Shown: positions 1 to 10,356 of the stretch, piece by piece
How the letters are laid out: each line of letters starts with the position of its first letter
Position numbering within the stretch: the stretch's first letter is position 1
Source of the DNA: a virus
Taxonomy: Duplodnaviria; Heunggongvirae; Uroviricota; Caudoviricetes
Virus record (IMG/VR): IMGVR_UViG_3300013102_000004
Location: 70,630 to 134,629 of that record
Length of the DNA: 64,000 bases
Direction: 5' to 3' (one strand)
Program-made: the position numbers and the translations under genes
Notes under the pieces: generated by a model
Database searches by the model: none
What the model saw: the letters and a program-made list of their open reading frames with translations, nothing else
Told to the model about the DNA's origin: nothing

Positions 1-2662
1 AATCGTCATTACGATTAGTCGGTCTGTTGATACCCAGAGCTGTAGTTCTTTCTGCGTCAATAGTATAGAAGCTTGTGTTCTGCTCACCATTCCAGTAACC
101 AGGGAACATGCCGTTATAACCTACAGTGAATGTGCCTGGTGTCCAACCTGTTCTTCTGTTAATAGGATGATCAATGCGGTACTTGCTACTGTCTGCCCCG
201 CGCCCAGTTGCCTTATTAGTCTTGGCATCACGACGGAGCATGACCTTACCAGTGAACTTGTTTACGGAGTTAAGATTATATCCGTATACAGCCTTGGCCT
301 GGCGCTGCTTCAATTCCTCGTCACTGTGGATAACCTCACGGTAGTACTTCGGTGGACTTACAGTTGCATCCATCCAGTAGTATTCCTTACCCTCCCAAGC
401 GATTACCTCACCATTGATATTGGCCTTACCCTTGAATGGCCATGTGTAAGCATCCTCTTGACGAATCCAGAACTCATTCTCTTCTGCGTATGTCATCGGT
501 TGTACTAGCTTGGTAGCCATAAGTGTAATCGTGTCGTCAGACTGCCATACGATATCAGTCAAAAGCTGTTCGTTCAGAGGGTCTTTGGCCTTCTTTACCG
601 AACGTGGACGCCACTTGACCTTAACCTTGTTAGCTTCCTGATCCCAACGCTTCTCTAGTGAAGATAAGTTAGTTAGCTTCTCGGGGTTGTCCATATCTAC
701 CTGCCCGCGAATATCGTAGTCAGCTTCCTTGTAGCGTGTGATTTCCTCTTTGGTCATCATCTGCAATACATCGTACTCGTCAAAGTAGATTGCACACATG
801 GCTGTGTCAGCGATACTCTGCAATGTCTCCCAGACTGTCTCATCTGGCTTGTTGGCAAAGTAATCGACCAAAGGTGCTGTCAAAGCGTAGTCTTCACGCT
901 CTAGCGCGTAACGACCGAATCCAACGCTGTCACAAATCTGAGCAACCAAGACGTGAACTGGAATATTCTTTTCGTAAATCTCAGGACACGTGATGTTCTG
1001 CAAGAACTTGGCAGAGTCAAACAGGTTGATTTCGTAATCGAACTCTGACTGACGAGTCCAGTCGGAAGAGTACATTGTGAACATACGGACACCATATGGT
1101 TCTGTCTCTCCCTGATTTGACAAGTCGTACATCAAGTCAGCAGTGATCTTGGTGGAGCGTTCTACCGTATTCTTAAGTCTTTCAACACCATTGGCGATTG
1201 CTTCGGACTCAGACATTTGAAATGCGTTGTCCCAGTTGCTAATCTCGATCTTGCCTTCGTTGGCACTGATCTTTCCTATGATACGAGTGAAGTCTGCTTC
1301 ATCCATCGTCAAAGTAGCCGACAGACTAACCACACGGCTAGTAATGTCAAGCTGCTTTCTCGCTTCGAACTCAATGACCTCTGCTCTGGCATTAGACTTA
1401 CTTAGCTTGTGGATAGTGAATTCAATTGCTTTCACTTCTGCTGAGTAGTCTTGCTCGTCAGGGATATCTTCGCCTCTGAACCAAGTTCCGTCTCCGTTAC
1501 GGATATAAGTTAAGGAACCTGTCTTCAAGTCGATAGGAACAGGATCAGAAGGATTCAAAATTGTAACCCACTGCTCTGTACCTGAACTGTCACGAGTCAG
1601 GTAGCGAATTGTCATGCTTGTTGGACGTGGACCAATGTTCAATGTCAAGACAAGCTTATTCATACCTACCCAATCGTTGTAGTAGGTTCTGACTGTCGCC
1701 CCGGCCAAGTTGCCTGAAGCATCCGATACCTTATCAGACTTCCAGTACTTGTACTCAGAGTTCTCAGTACTTAACAAATAATATCTTGCTGGACGCGGTT
1801 GACCCTCACTGAAGATGTAGTTCTGTGGAGTCATAATGAACGCATCGTCGTTTCGACTGTTCAGTTCGTTGTAGTGGATGCCTGACAATGGTCTCATTGG
1901 CTGCACAATACTGTCTACAGAAAAGTATTCGCGCCATTCTGCCCATGCCTTCACCCCTGCATCTTCTGAATTAAACCCGATGATTTCAGGGTTGGCTCTT
2001 GGATCATCCTTGTAATCTGGATGAAAAGTAATGTCGGAATCTACTGGAATCGCTGTTTTGCCTGCTGCGATCATTGATGGACTCTGGTAACCAATCGAGA
2101 TACCCCACGCAATATTGATGTTGTGCAATAGAGTACGAACTAGGTACTTTCCGGCTGTTGGGAAAGTGTACGAACCTGATTCAGTGTATTGCTGAGGGTC
2201 CATCTCTCTACCACCGTAATGTGAAGTAACTTTTGTTCCGTTGATCCATAGCTCATGGCTGTCATCAGATGCAATCCAGAACTTCCACGTACCGGCCTCT
2301 TTCACGTCAAGGTAGAATGTCTGTTCGATTGTGAACCACTCGTAAGTAGCTGGATCGTAATCTCTATCGGGAACACCGTTCCAGTCAATGTTCGGAGTAT
2401 TTGAATACTGATTCCAGTTGACAGAACTGTGACTTAGAGTTTTCTTTAGTCTTCCAGGTGTGACAAAATTGGCAAAGGTAGCCGCTGTTGGGCCTCCCAT
2501 ACCTGTATTATCATAAACCTTCAAGATCGAACCGCGCTTAGCTGGATTAGCTAAGAACTTTGTGTTGTTCCAGTTCCATTCTGCCAGAACCTTCGGAACA
2601 CCAGTGATATCGTGATTCAATTCTTGCTCAGCAATATAAGCTGGATGCAAAGGCTTTTTCAT
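1..2662 (-). CDS. Large minor tail protein with PA14-like domain (3' end runs off window; absent from ORF track)
   Basis: ATG at 2662 in an ATGA overlap with the upstream stop, RBS GGAGG. The in-frame segment NIDWNGVPD...FTIEQTFYLDVKEAGTWKFWIASDDSHELWINGTKV is PA14-like. Follows tape measure and a small tail gene. Confidence 0.8.
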   Translation of the reverse strand, partial: MKKPLHPAYIAEQELNHDITGVPKVLAEWNWNNTKFLANPAKRGSILKVYDNTGMGGPTAATFANFVTPGRLKKTLSHSSVNWNQYSNTPNIDWNGVPDRDYDPATYEWFTIEQTFYLDVKEAGTWKFWIASDDSHELWINGTKVTSHYGGREMDPQQYTESGSYTFPTAGKYLVRTLLHNINIAWGISIGYQSPSMIAAGKTAIPVDSDITFHPDYKDDPRANPEIIGFNSEDAGVKAWAEWREYFSVDSIVQPMRPLSGIHYNELNSRNDDAFIMTPQNYIFSEGQPRPARYYLLSTENSEYKYWKSDKVSDASGNLAGATVRTYYNDWVGMNKLVLTLNIGPRPTSMTIRYLTRDSSGTEQWVTILNPSDPVPIDLKTGSLTYIRNGDGTWFRGEDIPDEQDYSAEVKAIEFTIHKLSKSNARAEVIEFEARKQLDITSRVVSLSATLTMDEADFTRIIGKISANEGKIEISNWDNAFQMSESEAIANGVERLKNTVERSTKITADLMYDLSNQGETEPYGVRMFTMYSSDWTRQSEFDYEINLFDSAKFLQNITCPEIYEKNIPVHVLVAQICDSVGFGRYALEREDYALTAPLVDYFANKPDETVWETLQSIADTAMCAIYFDEYDVLQMMTKEEITRYKEADYDIRGQVDMDNPEKLTNLSSLEKRWDQEANKVKVKWRPRSVKKAKDPLNEQLLTDIVWQSDDTITLMATKLVQPMTYAEENEFWIRQEDAYTWPFKGKANINGEVIAWEGKEYYWMDATVSPPKYYREVIHSDEELKQRQAKAVYGYNLNSVNKFTGKVMLRRDAKTNKATGRGADSSKYRIDHPINRRTGWTPGTFTVGYNGMFPGYWNGEQNTSFYTIDAERTTALGINRPTNRNDD

Positions 2663-3069
2663 ACCTCCACCAACTCAAGCTGCAACGTCCACAAGTCGCC
2701 AACTTCTGATTCTGTTCTCTTGACAACTGTGTATCCAAAACTACTAAACATAACTAAAACTCTTTCCGTCTCTCCGTCACCCATTGTGATTGTTAACCAA
2801 AACTCGCCTGGTGTTGATTTGTAAAATTCAAGCATTGACTCACCAGTCCAACCACCATCGACTGAACCCTCATCTTTACTAAATAAGTTTTCCCAACTTG
2901 CTGACCAAGTTCTTTTTTCCGCAACAATGTATCTACGCAAGGTTCCATTTACCATACGCTTTTCATTCATGATCTTTTCAGTAGATACGGAAAGTTCACT
3001 ACGACCCGCGTCAGTGACTTCCGTACCATTGAACTGAAAGATTGTATCAATTGGAAACCTGTAACTCAT
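2659..3069 (-). CDS. Minor/distal tail protein
   Basis: 136 aa directly after tape measure; ...RMVNGTLRRYIVAEKRTWSASWENL resembles Dit-like genes. Confidence 0.65.
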   Translation of the reverse strand: MSYRFPIDTIFQFNGTEVTDAGRSELSVSTEKIMNEKRMVNGTLRRYIVAEKRTWSASWENLFSKDEGSVDGGWTGESMLEFYKSTPGEFWLTITMGDGETERVLVMFSSFGYTVVKRTESEVGDLWTLQLELVEV

Positions 3070-6000
3070 CGAGTACCAAGCCTACGTTCCTTATCAATCT
3101 GATCCTGCTTTACCTGCTGCAAAATTGTCTTGCTCCATTCCTTAAGTCTATTATCCAAATCATCGACACCGATAATTGTGGCATCCTTAATTGTAACATT
3201 AATTTCGACATTAGACTCACTTGAGCGTGGCGCTGTAACAGCATTCTGCAAAGCAATGTTATCTGAGTGCAAAGCTGTCAAAATAGGATCGAAACCGACG
3301 ATACCCATATTGCTCATACCGCTTAGCATAGGGATAAGGTTCTCAAACGCTGTTGTCTGACGTGGACTTAGAACACGCTCTGGCTTTAGAGTGTTCTTCA
3401 TCATTGGTCCGATACCGTTTGCAATACCACCATCGTCATACCAGTTAGGGTAGTGAGAGTTCCAGAACGCCCATGCACCTACCGGGTCTTGACTGAATCC
3501 GTTGTTAGCTGCTGGACTTGTCGGAGAACCAATGTAACGAGCACCGTAAACTGCCTGCTGATATGGATCAGAAGTCTTTTGTCCACCAACAGTTGCCCAA
3601 GTTGTACTTAGGAACTGGAACAAACCGTAAGCGTCTGATGCTGGCCAAGCCGAAGCTGTTGGGTCCCAACTTGATTCGTGTGCAATCAACTGGTACAGAG
3701 CATCCCATTGACGACCTGTATCCCAACCTCTAGGCTTAACCGCTGCCTTTACAGCATCAACAACTGGACCATTGTAAGTACCCTTTTCAATGTCCTGACC
3801 TGCTCCACCATAGGAATAAACTGGTGCGAACTTAGCCATTGCATTGTCGCGGTACTTGTCAATACCCTTTGTTGTCCAGTTAGAATACTGAGGGAACTTT
3901 GCCTTGATATCATCACTAGCTACTGGTGCTACTGATCCACCACCTGAAGCTGCACCCTCACCCGGCTGAATTGGTCCATTAGAACGAGTGTGAACGTGAT
4001 CTTGGTGACCACTGTAGTCAGAAGCGAAGTAACTTCCATCGTCTCTTTGTCTACCGTGCCAACCAATCTTCTGACCAGTATTTGGGTTCATCCAAATGAT
4101 CTGCTCTAGAGTTGGTGTTCTCGGAGCAATGCCTAATAGATATTCAGCGAAGCCCTGCATTGCTGGAACTGAACCGGACCAGTCAATACCTCTGTTAAGA
4201 CGACCTGGGTTCGGAGCGTAACCTGGTTCGTTACGGTCTCCCTCCTGGTGACCTGGATATGTAGATGCCTGAACGCCCTTGGCGCTAGCAAGACTGTATA
4301 CCCAACCTGGGAATCCTGCTCCACCATAACTAATATTGGCACCGTTACGTAGACCATAACCACCACCGGCTCCACCAACATCAATATCTGGACCTCCACC
4401 CATACCGCTACCGCCGTATGTCTTGGCCTGCATCATGGCTTGTCCTGCTGCTAATGCTGCACGACTAACTAGAGCACCCATCATTGCGGCCTGGATTCCT
4501 CCACCGATTCCGGCTAGACCGTTACCAATTGGTCCACCAGCGTGGCGAATAATGACAGCTCTACCATCATTAACGGCCTTCATTGTTTCAGTACCGTAAG
4601 TCTCGTGTGCCTTACGACGAATCATGAACTCGCCCTGTTGAGCTAGAACATTTGTCTCGTCAGAACGCATCGGAGCATTCTTAGGAATACCTGCACGGTT
4701 GTTGTACTTGTCGTAACCTGATCCAACTGGACCACCGGCGTGACGTGTGAACGAACCATTACCGCGCTGACCGGCGTTACTATTCTGTGGAGTAGAAACA
4801 CCGCCACCACCGCCACCTCCGTCGCCTGGCATTTCACCTGTACGCAAGAAGTTATTGAATTCTGCACCGCTCATGTTGAACGCACCTCTTGAGATACCTT
4901 CTGCTACACGGTTACCGAATTCGTTCCACATAACGTCATTTGACATTTCAGCAGTAGCCTGACGTGTTCTGTTGATCAAGCTATCTTCAATTGTCTTGGC
5001 CCAGAAGTCACCCTTAGTCATCAACTGAACACCGTGATCGTTGTAAGCTCCCTGTACACGTCCCATGTGTGCTGCCAATTCGGCTTCATTCAAAGGAATC
5101 TGAGTACGCAAAGCTTCTAGCTCACGGTTAAGTGCTCTCTGATTAGCTGCGAAACTGATTTCGAAAGCAATGTTTTCGTCTTCCTGCTTACGCTGCAAGT
5201 ACTTCTGCTCTGCTGCTTGTTTAGCTGAAAGTTCCTCGTTGCGCATAGTAATACGCTCTTCCATTGCCTCCTGTTCCATCTGCTTCTGCTCTTCAAGACT
5301 CTTAAGACGAGCATCCTTCTCTTCATTGATAAGTTCAATAGCCTTGCTACGAGCCTTATCCTCGTCTTCTTTCTTGTAACCCTCTTCTGCGGCAACAGAT
5401 TCCGTGTTGTAGTCAGTTGATGTTTGGGCAGCATTCAGAGACAAACGAGCAACCTCATCAAGGTCACCGCCTGCCATAGCGATATTTGTGTCAATACCGA
5501 TCTGCATCAAAGACTGCAAGTACTTCAAACGACGAGATTCACGGTCAGCATTACGCTTACGCTGTGTCTCTAGGTCATCTTCAACCTTCTGCTGATCCTC
5601 AATTGCCTTAACACGATCATCGTAAGCCTTTGTCTCAGCTTCGATCTTGTTAGTCCAGTCCTTATCGAATTGCTTCTTCTCTGCCTCGTCGGCCTTGGAC
5701 TGAGCCTTCTTTTCTAGATCGTAACGTTCTGATAGAGCATCGGATGCTGCCTGTTGCATATCCTTGAAAGCTCTCTTCTGAGCATCGAATTGGATTTGAG
5801 CCTGAGCATCCATCTCGTCAAGAACATCGTTCCAAGCATTTGTCATAACCTGCTTACGCTGGTCTACAACATCTTGAACTGTCTTGTCAATCTGAGTACC
5901 ATCGTCCATTGTAATCTTGACGATTGCTTCCCAGTTACCGACCTTTCCACCGGCCAAAGTCTCTGTTAGCTCTTCTAGTTCACCGTTGGCGTCAACTGCC

Positions 6001-9000
6001 TGTCCGGTCATGGCTGCAATTTCTTCAGCAGACTTGACTGTTCTGTCACCTAGGTTCTTGGCTCCAAGAGCGGCCTTCATCTGTTCTACGTTCATATCTG
6101 CCAAACCGGCAGCACTACGGAACATGTTGATGACGCGTAGCTTCTCTTCGTCGTTTAGCTTCTCCCAAGCTGGACCCATTCTCGCAATTGTGCTGTTGAA
6201 TGAATTCATTGCCTGGTCATAATTCATAACCTGAGAAGCAGTATTAGAAGCCATAGCTACCATGCTTGAGCTAACATCATCGAACAATGGTGCTAGCATA
6301 TCGCTGCTATTGCCGAACTCACTCTTCATGTTGTTTAGCCACTCACGAATGATGTTCTGTTGGTAAGTCAGCAAGTCCTTTGTCTTGTTGTCTACTCCCT
6401 TCAGGCTATTGATATCTACGTTTAGTAGACCTCCCTTAGCTTCAATCTCCTTATTTACCTCAGGAGATAGCTTGGATAGGCTAGTAACCATATTCTTCTT
6501 GATACGGTCTGTGTACGCCTGGATGATTTGACCCGTTTGCTTTGGATCAGCACTCTGAAGCTCATTCAACATTTCATTCATTGTTGAAGCAAGCATTCCC
6601 TTAGCCTGCTGACTTAGCTGATTGTTGTCACCATTGGCAGGACCGAAACCGATACCGGCCATGATCTGTTGACCCATAGAGACAGTGTTGTTCGCACGAG
6701 AGCCGAAAAGATCGTCAACCTGCTTAGCAAGTGTTGCTGAAAGATCAGTTCCGTCAAGTCCGGTAGCTGTAACATTTGAGAACTCGATAATCATTTGCTT
6801 TTTGACCTTCGGGTTAATGTTTGCAGCATTTAACATAACTTCGATAGCTGTCTTAACCTCTTGTGCGTTAGCACCATCGGCAAACATCTTGACTGCTTCA
6901 CGCTCTAGAGTTCTACGAACGAAATCTAGATCATCGGCCTTGTCCTTCAAAGAGTCAATCAATGGACGCAAGTTCTCGTCATTCAGTGCTTCCTTAGTCA
7001 TAGACTTCATTGTGTCTACAACTTCACCAGCAGAGTTCTTTACCTGACCGAACTGAGTTCTGGTGTAGCCCAACATCTTTGACCAACCCTCAGTAGACTT
7101 GTTGATCTTCTCTTGAGCCTCTTGAGCCTTACGCTGGTCTGTTGTGACAAGACGGTAAATTCCGTATGCTGCTGCACCTGCTGCTGCAATTGCCAATAGT
7201 GGCCACATTGCTGCTGAAAGAGCTGCACCTACACCAGTTAACATACCTGTCATTGCAGGCATTGCGCTACCCAATACAAAGATTGCACCCTTGATTGCGA
7301 TACCGACCTTAGCGAACAAACCTGGCATAACCATTGCAAGAGTACCGGCTACCATCAATGCTGTGACGAATGTCTGCATTAGCTTGTTGTTACCGGCCAA
7401 AAGTGAACCAATGAAGCCCAAACCTACTGCGGCACCACCGATTCGGCTAACCTGGTCTCTCATCAAGTTGTTAGCTTCTGTCATACGAACGTTGTTGCGA
7501 TCCAAGCGTTCTGCTCTTAGACCATCTTGTCTTGCAAGTTCACGACCACCGTCGATACGTGCCTGAGCAATTCTGCGCTCTTCTACGAGAGCTGCGCGTG
7601 CGCCTGCATTGTTTGGTTGAGCACTGCTCATACCTGCTGCTGCTCTACGCTGTTGTTCAGACATACCACGCATTGGGTTGGCTGCTACGTTGCCAGAACC
7701 AGAAGAAACGAATGCTCTCTGCTCTGCTGTACGTACTCTATTGTAAAGTGCCGCATCCAATCTCGCCTGACGGGCAATACCTGGTGCTGCTACAACTGGC
7801 GCTGGTGCTGGAACTGGCGCTGCAAGTCTAGCTCCAAAAGCTGGATTAGTATTATTTGCTCTAGCTTCTGCTCTAGCCTGACGAGACTCAGGAACGTTGT
7901 TAAGCATGTTTCTGCGGTCCATTACTAGACCACCGTTACGGGCTGCTTGCTGCTGAGTACGTGTCAGACGACTGATTGCCTGAGACTGTGTGTTCATCGC
8001 TGAAGCAATTCTATTTGCGTTGCTTACAGCGGTATTAGTATTACGAGTAGATGTTGCAGACGCACTGGCACCGACTGTACGCATAGCTGCATAGCTAGCA
8101 TTTAGTCTTTCCATAGATGTAGCTAGACGTGTAGTAGCTCTGGCTTCTGCATCTCTCTGCAATTCCATTTGCTTAGCTTGTAATGCGGCAGCTCTCTGAG
8201 AACCCGACTGGAATAACGTTACTCCCTTCGCGCCCTTCATTCTAGCAATTAATGCTCCAAGCATACCGAATACAGTGATCAAACCACCCTTGATTAGGAA
8301 GAATGATGATAGAGCTAGCATCAATGGACCGAATGCGATAGCTGCGACTGCTGCTGCTTGACCAATCTTGACTAAGATATCTCCAATAGGACCGAGACGA
8401 TCAATGATTCCAGTGGCACCATTGTACACTAGCTTTACAAGATCAATGATTCCGCGAATTGCGCTAGTGATCTTTGGAAGAACCTTTTCACCGAACTTTT
8501 CAGCATACATCTGAATTTCGTTGATTGTCTTCTTGAACTGGTTAGAGGCAGACTGCATCTGGACTGCAACTTCTCTATTAGCTACAGACTTATTGTAATC
8601 TTCGAACTGCTTCTTATCCATAGCCATAATCTTGGCCATTTGCTCTGTAGGATTAGCAAGACCCTTGGTTAGAGTCATACCCTTGTTGAGCTGGTACTTA
8701 CCCCAAAGTGTTGCCGCAAACTTCTTTTGGTCAGATTCACTCCAATTCTGTACCTTCTGAATACGTCCGATTTCAGCAAGAATCTTTGTAACGTCACCAT
8801 TCATATCTTTGGTGATCTTACTTAGGCTCATACCGCCTGTCATATCACTGAATGTTTGTTCAAGAACCTTGGTAGGATTTACAAGACTGGCAAAACCTGA
8901 CTTTAGAGTGTTAGCACCTTCAACAGCGTCAATACCACCCTTGGTGAAGCTTTCAAGCAAGATACCAGCTTCTTTTACGTCACCGCCCCAAGACTTAACA

Positions 9001-9950
9001 ATCGAACCCATCTTAGGCAATGCATCCGAGAAGTCCTGAGCTGTAAGTGTAGAGCTGTTTTCGAATGTGTTAACAGTGTTAATCGCATCTTGTAGCTTCT
9101 CTCCCTCAAGGTCGAAAACAGTACGCAAAGTACTGATCATCTTCGTAGCTGAGTCAACAGATACATCACCAAGCAACATCAATCTTGCTGCGGCACTTGT
9201 CATGTAGTCTAGGTTCTTACCTGACTCACCCAAAGCGGCGAACGCTGATGCTAGATCAAATGTATCCTTTTGTGCTGTACCGTAATGCTGGTTTAGCTCT
9301 GCCGCTAGACCTCTGGCTGCTTCACGCAAATCTCCGAGACTAGCTTGTCCTGACGCTCCAACATCACCATAAACCTTGGCTAAGTTGGTAAGCTGCTTAT
9401 CTACCTGATAGAAGACTGCTGCTGATCCACCCGCGATTAATGCGAGAGGTGCTGTGATGGAAAGCATTGCCTGACGACCCATGAAAGCCATGTTCTTACC
9501 AGTGTCCATAACCTGACGACCGTAAGCCTTGGCTGCTGCACCGGCAGTTGCCCATTCGACAGCATTACGACGCAACCAACTTGATTGCGCCTGTAGCTCG
9601 GGTAGATTGATTCCAGTACGGAATCTCTGGCTACCCATTTTAGTTATATTGGCAAGACTAGCCTTTTGGAGTGCATTTTGGTACTCATACATCTTGTTGG
9701 TACCACGAACTGTTTCAAGGAACTCTTTCTGGCTAATCTTGCCTTTTTGGATTCGCTTAGTTAGTTCATCCATTTGCCCTAACGGTCCGCGTAGATTGAA
9801 ATCCATCATTGTTGGACCCTTTGTGCCACGACTTAGCACTGATGAAGACATTTTGTTCATCATCATTGATTGTGTTTGAAGTGCCTTCATTTCGGCATTC
9901 AAAGCTGCAATTTGTGCCTGCGCCTGCTTGGTTTGGGCATTGAATTGCAT
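3066..9950 (-). CDS. Tape measure protein with C-terminal cell-wall-lytic domains
   Basis: 2294 aa, Ala-rich helical repeats, central hydrophobic segments and a coiled coil; C-terminal HESSW..AYGLFQF (SLT-like) and YPGHQ..GIDW..DHVH motifs; lies downstream of the tail chaperones. Confidence 0.97.
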   Translation of the reverse strand: MQFNAQTKQAQAQIAALNAEMKALQTQSMMMNKMSSSVLSRGTKGPTMMDFNLRGPLGQMDELTKRIQKGKISQKEFLETVRGTNKMYEYQNALQKASLANITKMGSQRFRTGINLPELQAQSSWLRRNAVEWATAGAAAKAYGRQVMDTGKNMAFMGRQAMLSITAPLALIAGGSAAVFYQVDKQLTNLAKVYGDVGASGQASLGDLREAARGLAAELNQHYGTAQKDTFDLASAFAALGESGKNLDYMTSAAARLMLLGDVSVDSATKMISTLRTVFDLEGEKLQDAINTVNTFENSSTLTAQDFSDALPKMGSIVKSWGGDVKEAGILLESFTKGGIDAVEGANTLKSGFASLVNPTKVLEQTFSDMTGGMSLSKITKDMNGDVTKILAEIGRIQKVQNWSESDQKKFAATLWGKYQLNKGMTLTKGLANPTEQMAKIMAMDKKQFEDYNKSVANREVAVQMQSASNQFKKTINEIQMYAEKFGEKVLPKITSAIRGIIDLVKLVYNGATGIIDRLGPIGDILVKIGQAAAVAAIAFGPLMLALSSFFLIKGGLITVFGMLGALIARMKGAKGVTLFQSGSQRAAALQAKQMELQRDAEARATTRLATSMERLNASYAAMRTVGASASATSTRNTNTAVSNANRIASAMNTQSQAISRLTRTQQQAARNGGLVMDRRNMLNNVPESRQARAEARANNTNPAFGARLAAPVPAPAPVVAAPGIARQARLDAALYNRVRTAEQRAFVSSGSGNVAANPMRGMSEQQRRAAAGMSSAQPNNAGARAALVEERRIAQARIDGGRELARQDGLRAERLDRNNVRMTEANNLMRDQVSRIGGAAVGLGFIGSLLAGNNKLMQTFVTALMVAGTLAMVMPGLFAKVGIAIKGAIFVLGSAMPAMTGMLTGVGAALSAAMWPLLAIAAAGAAAYGIYRLVTTDQRKAQEAQEKINKSTEGWSKMLGYTRTQFGQVKNSAGEVVDTMKSMTKEALNDENLRPLIDSLKDKADDLDFVRRTLEREAVKMFADGANAQEVKTAIEVMLNAANINPKVKKQMIIEFSNVTATGLDGTDLSATLAKQVDDLFGSRANNTVSMGQQIMAGIGFGPANGDNNQLSQQAKGMLASTMNEMLNELQSADPKQTGQIIQAYTDRIKKNMVTSLSKLSPEVNKEIEAKGGLLNVDINSLKGVDNKTKDLLTYQQNIIREWLNNMKSEFGNSSDMLAPLFDDVSSSMVAMASNTASQVMNYDQAMNSFNSTIARMGPAWEKLNDEEKLRVINMFRSAAGLADMNVEQMKAALGAKNLGDRTVKSAEEIAAMTGQAVDANGELEELTETLAGGKVGNWEAIVKITMDDGTQIDKTVQDVVDQRKQVMTNAWNDVLDEMDAQAQIQFDAQKRAFKDMQQAASDALSERYDLEKKAQSKADEAEKKQFDKDWTNKIEAETKAYDDRVKAIEDQQKVEDDLETQRKRNADRESRRLKYLQSLMQIGIDTNIAMAGGDLDEVARLSLNAAQTSTDYNTESVAAEEGYKKEDEDKARSKAIELINEEKDARLKSLEEQKQMEQEAMEERITMRNEELSAKQAAEQKYLQRKQEDENIAFEISFAANQRALNRELEALRTQIPLNEAELAAHMGRVQGAYNDHGVQLMTKGDFWAKTIEDSLINRTRQATAEMSNDVMWNEFGNRVAEGISRGAFNMSGAEFNNFLRTGEMPGDGGGGGGGVSTPQNSNAGQRGNGSFTRHAGGPVGSGYDKYNNRAGIPKNAPMRSDETNVLAQQGEFMIRRKAHETYGTETMKAVNDGRAVIIRHAGGPIGNGLAGIGGGIQAAMMGALVSRAALAAGQAMMQAKTYGGSGMGGGPDIDVGGAGGGYGLRNGANISYGGAGFPGWVYSLASAKGVQASTYPGHQEGDRNEPGYAPNPGRLNRGIDWSGSVPAMQGFAEYLLGIAPRTPTLEQIIWMNPNTGQKIGWHGRQRDDGSYFASDYSGHQDHVHTRSNGPIQPGEGAASGGGSVAPVASDDIKAKFPQYSNWTTKGIDKYRDNAMAKFAPVYSYGGAGQDIEKGTYNGPVVDAVKAAVKPRGWDTGRQWDALYQLIAHESSWDPTASAWPASDAYGLFQFLSTTWATVGGQKTSDPYQQAVYGARYIGSPTSPAANNGFSQDPVGAWAFWNSHYPNWYDDGGIANGIGPMMKNTLKPERVLSPRQTTAFENLIPMLSGMSNMGIVGFDPILTALHSDNIALQNAVTAPRSSESNVEINVTIKDATIIGVDDLDNRLKEWSKTILQQVKQDQIDKERRLGTR

Positions 9951-9979
9951 GTTAACGGCAATTACTGAACTAGCTATTT

Positions 9980-10356
9980 TTACTCATCCTCTCCTGCATC
10001 AAACCCGAACCCTTCAAAAGGAGAAGATTTTTCCTGTGCTAATTCAGAATCAGCGGAAATGTCTCCGTTTGCGATTGCTGCTCGTCTCGCTGCGCGTGCT
10101 TTAATATCTTCGAAACTCGATGTTTTCAGTTCTGGAACATCGTCTTCGTCAGGGTCTTTCCAAGGGTCCATCTTTACTCCCTCTAGAGAAGCTTGAATGC
10201 ACGCTCGTTGTACTCCTGTTCTTGCTTTGCCATGAACAATCTGTGAAGTTCAGTCATCGTTAGGCTATCTTCCAAGTGATCTATACTAGTCCACTTACCC
10301 ATTTGAAAAACCTGTTCTTCCAGCTTGATCATAGATATATCATCAAGCCCTAGTCT
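9980..10356 (-). CDS. Tail assembly chaperone, frameshifted C-terminal extension (interrupted by TAG at 10183-10185)
   Basis: The -1 frame after GGGAAAA reads RLGLDDISMIKLEEQVFQMGKW...EYNERAFKLL*; the next -1 frame continues QASLEGVKMDPWKD...GFGFDAGEDE*. Confidence 0.75.

Noticed and set aside
167-9879. Numerous plus-strand ORFs and short out-of-frame minus-strand ORFs over tail and tape measure genes
   Set aside because: Shadow frames of long genuine genes; no RBS or motifs
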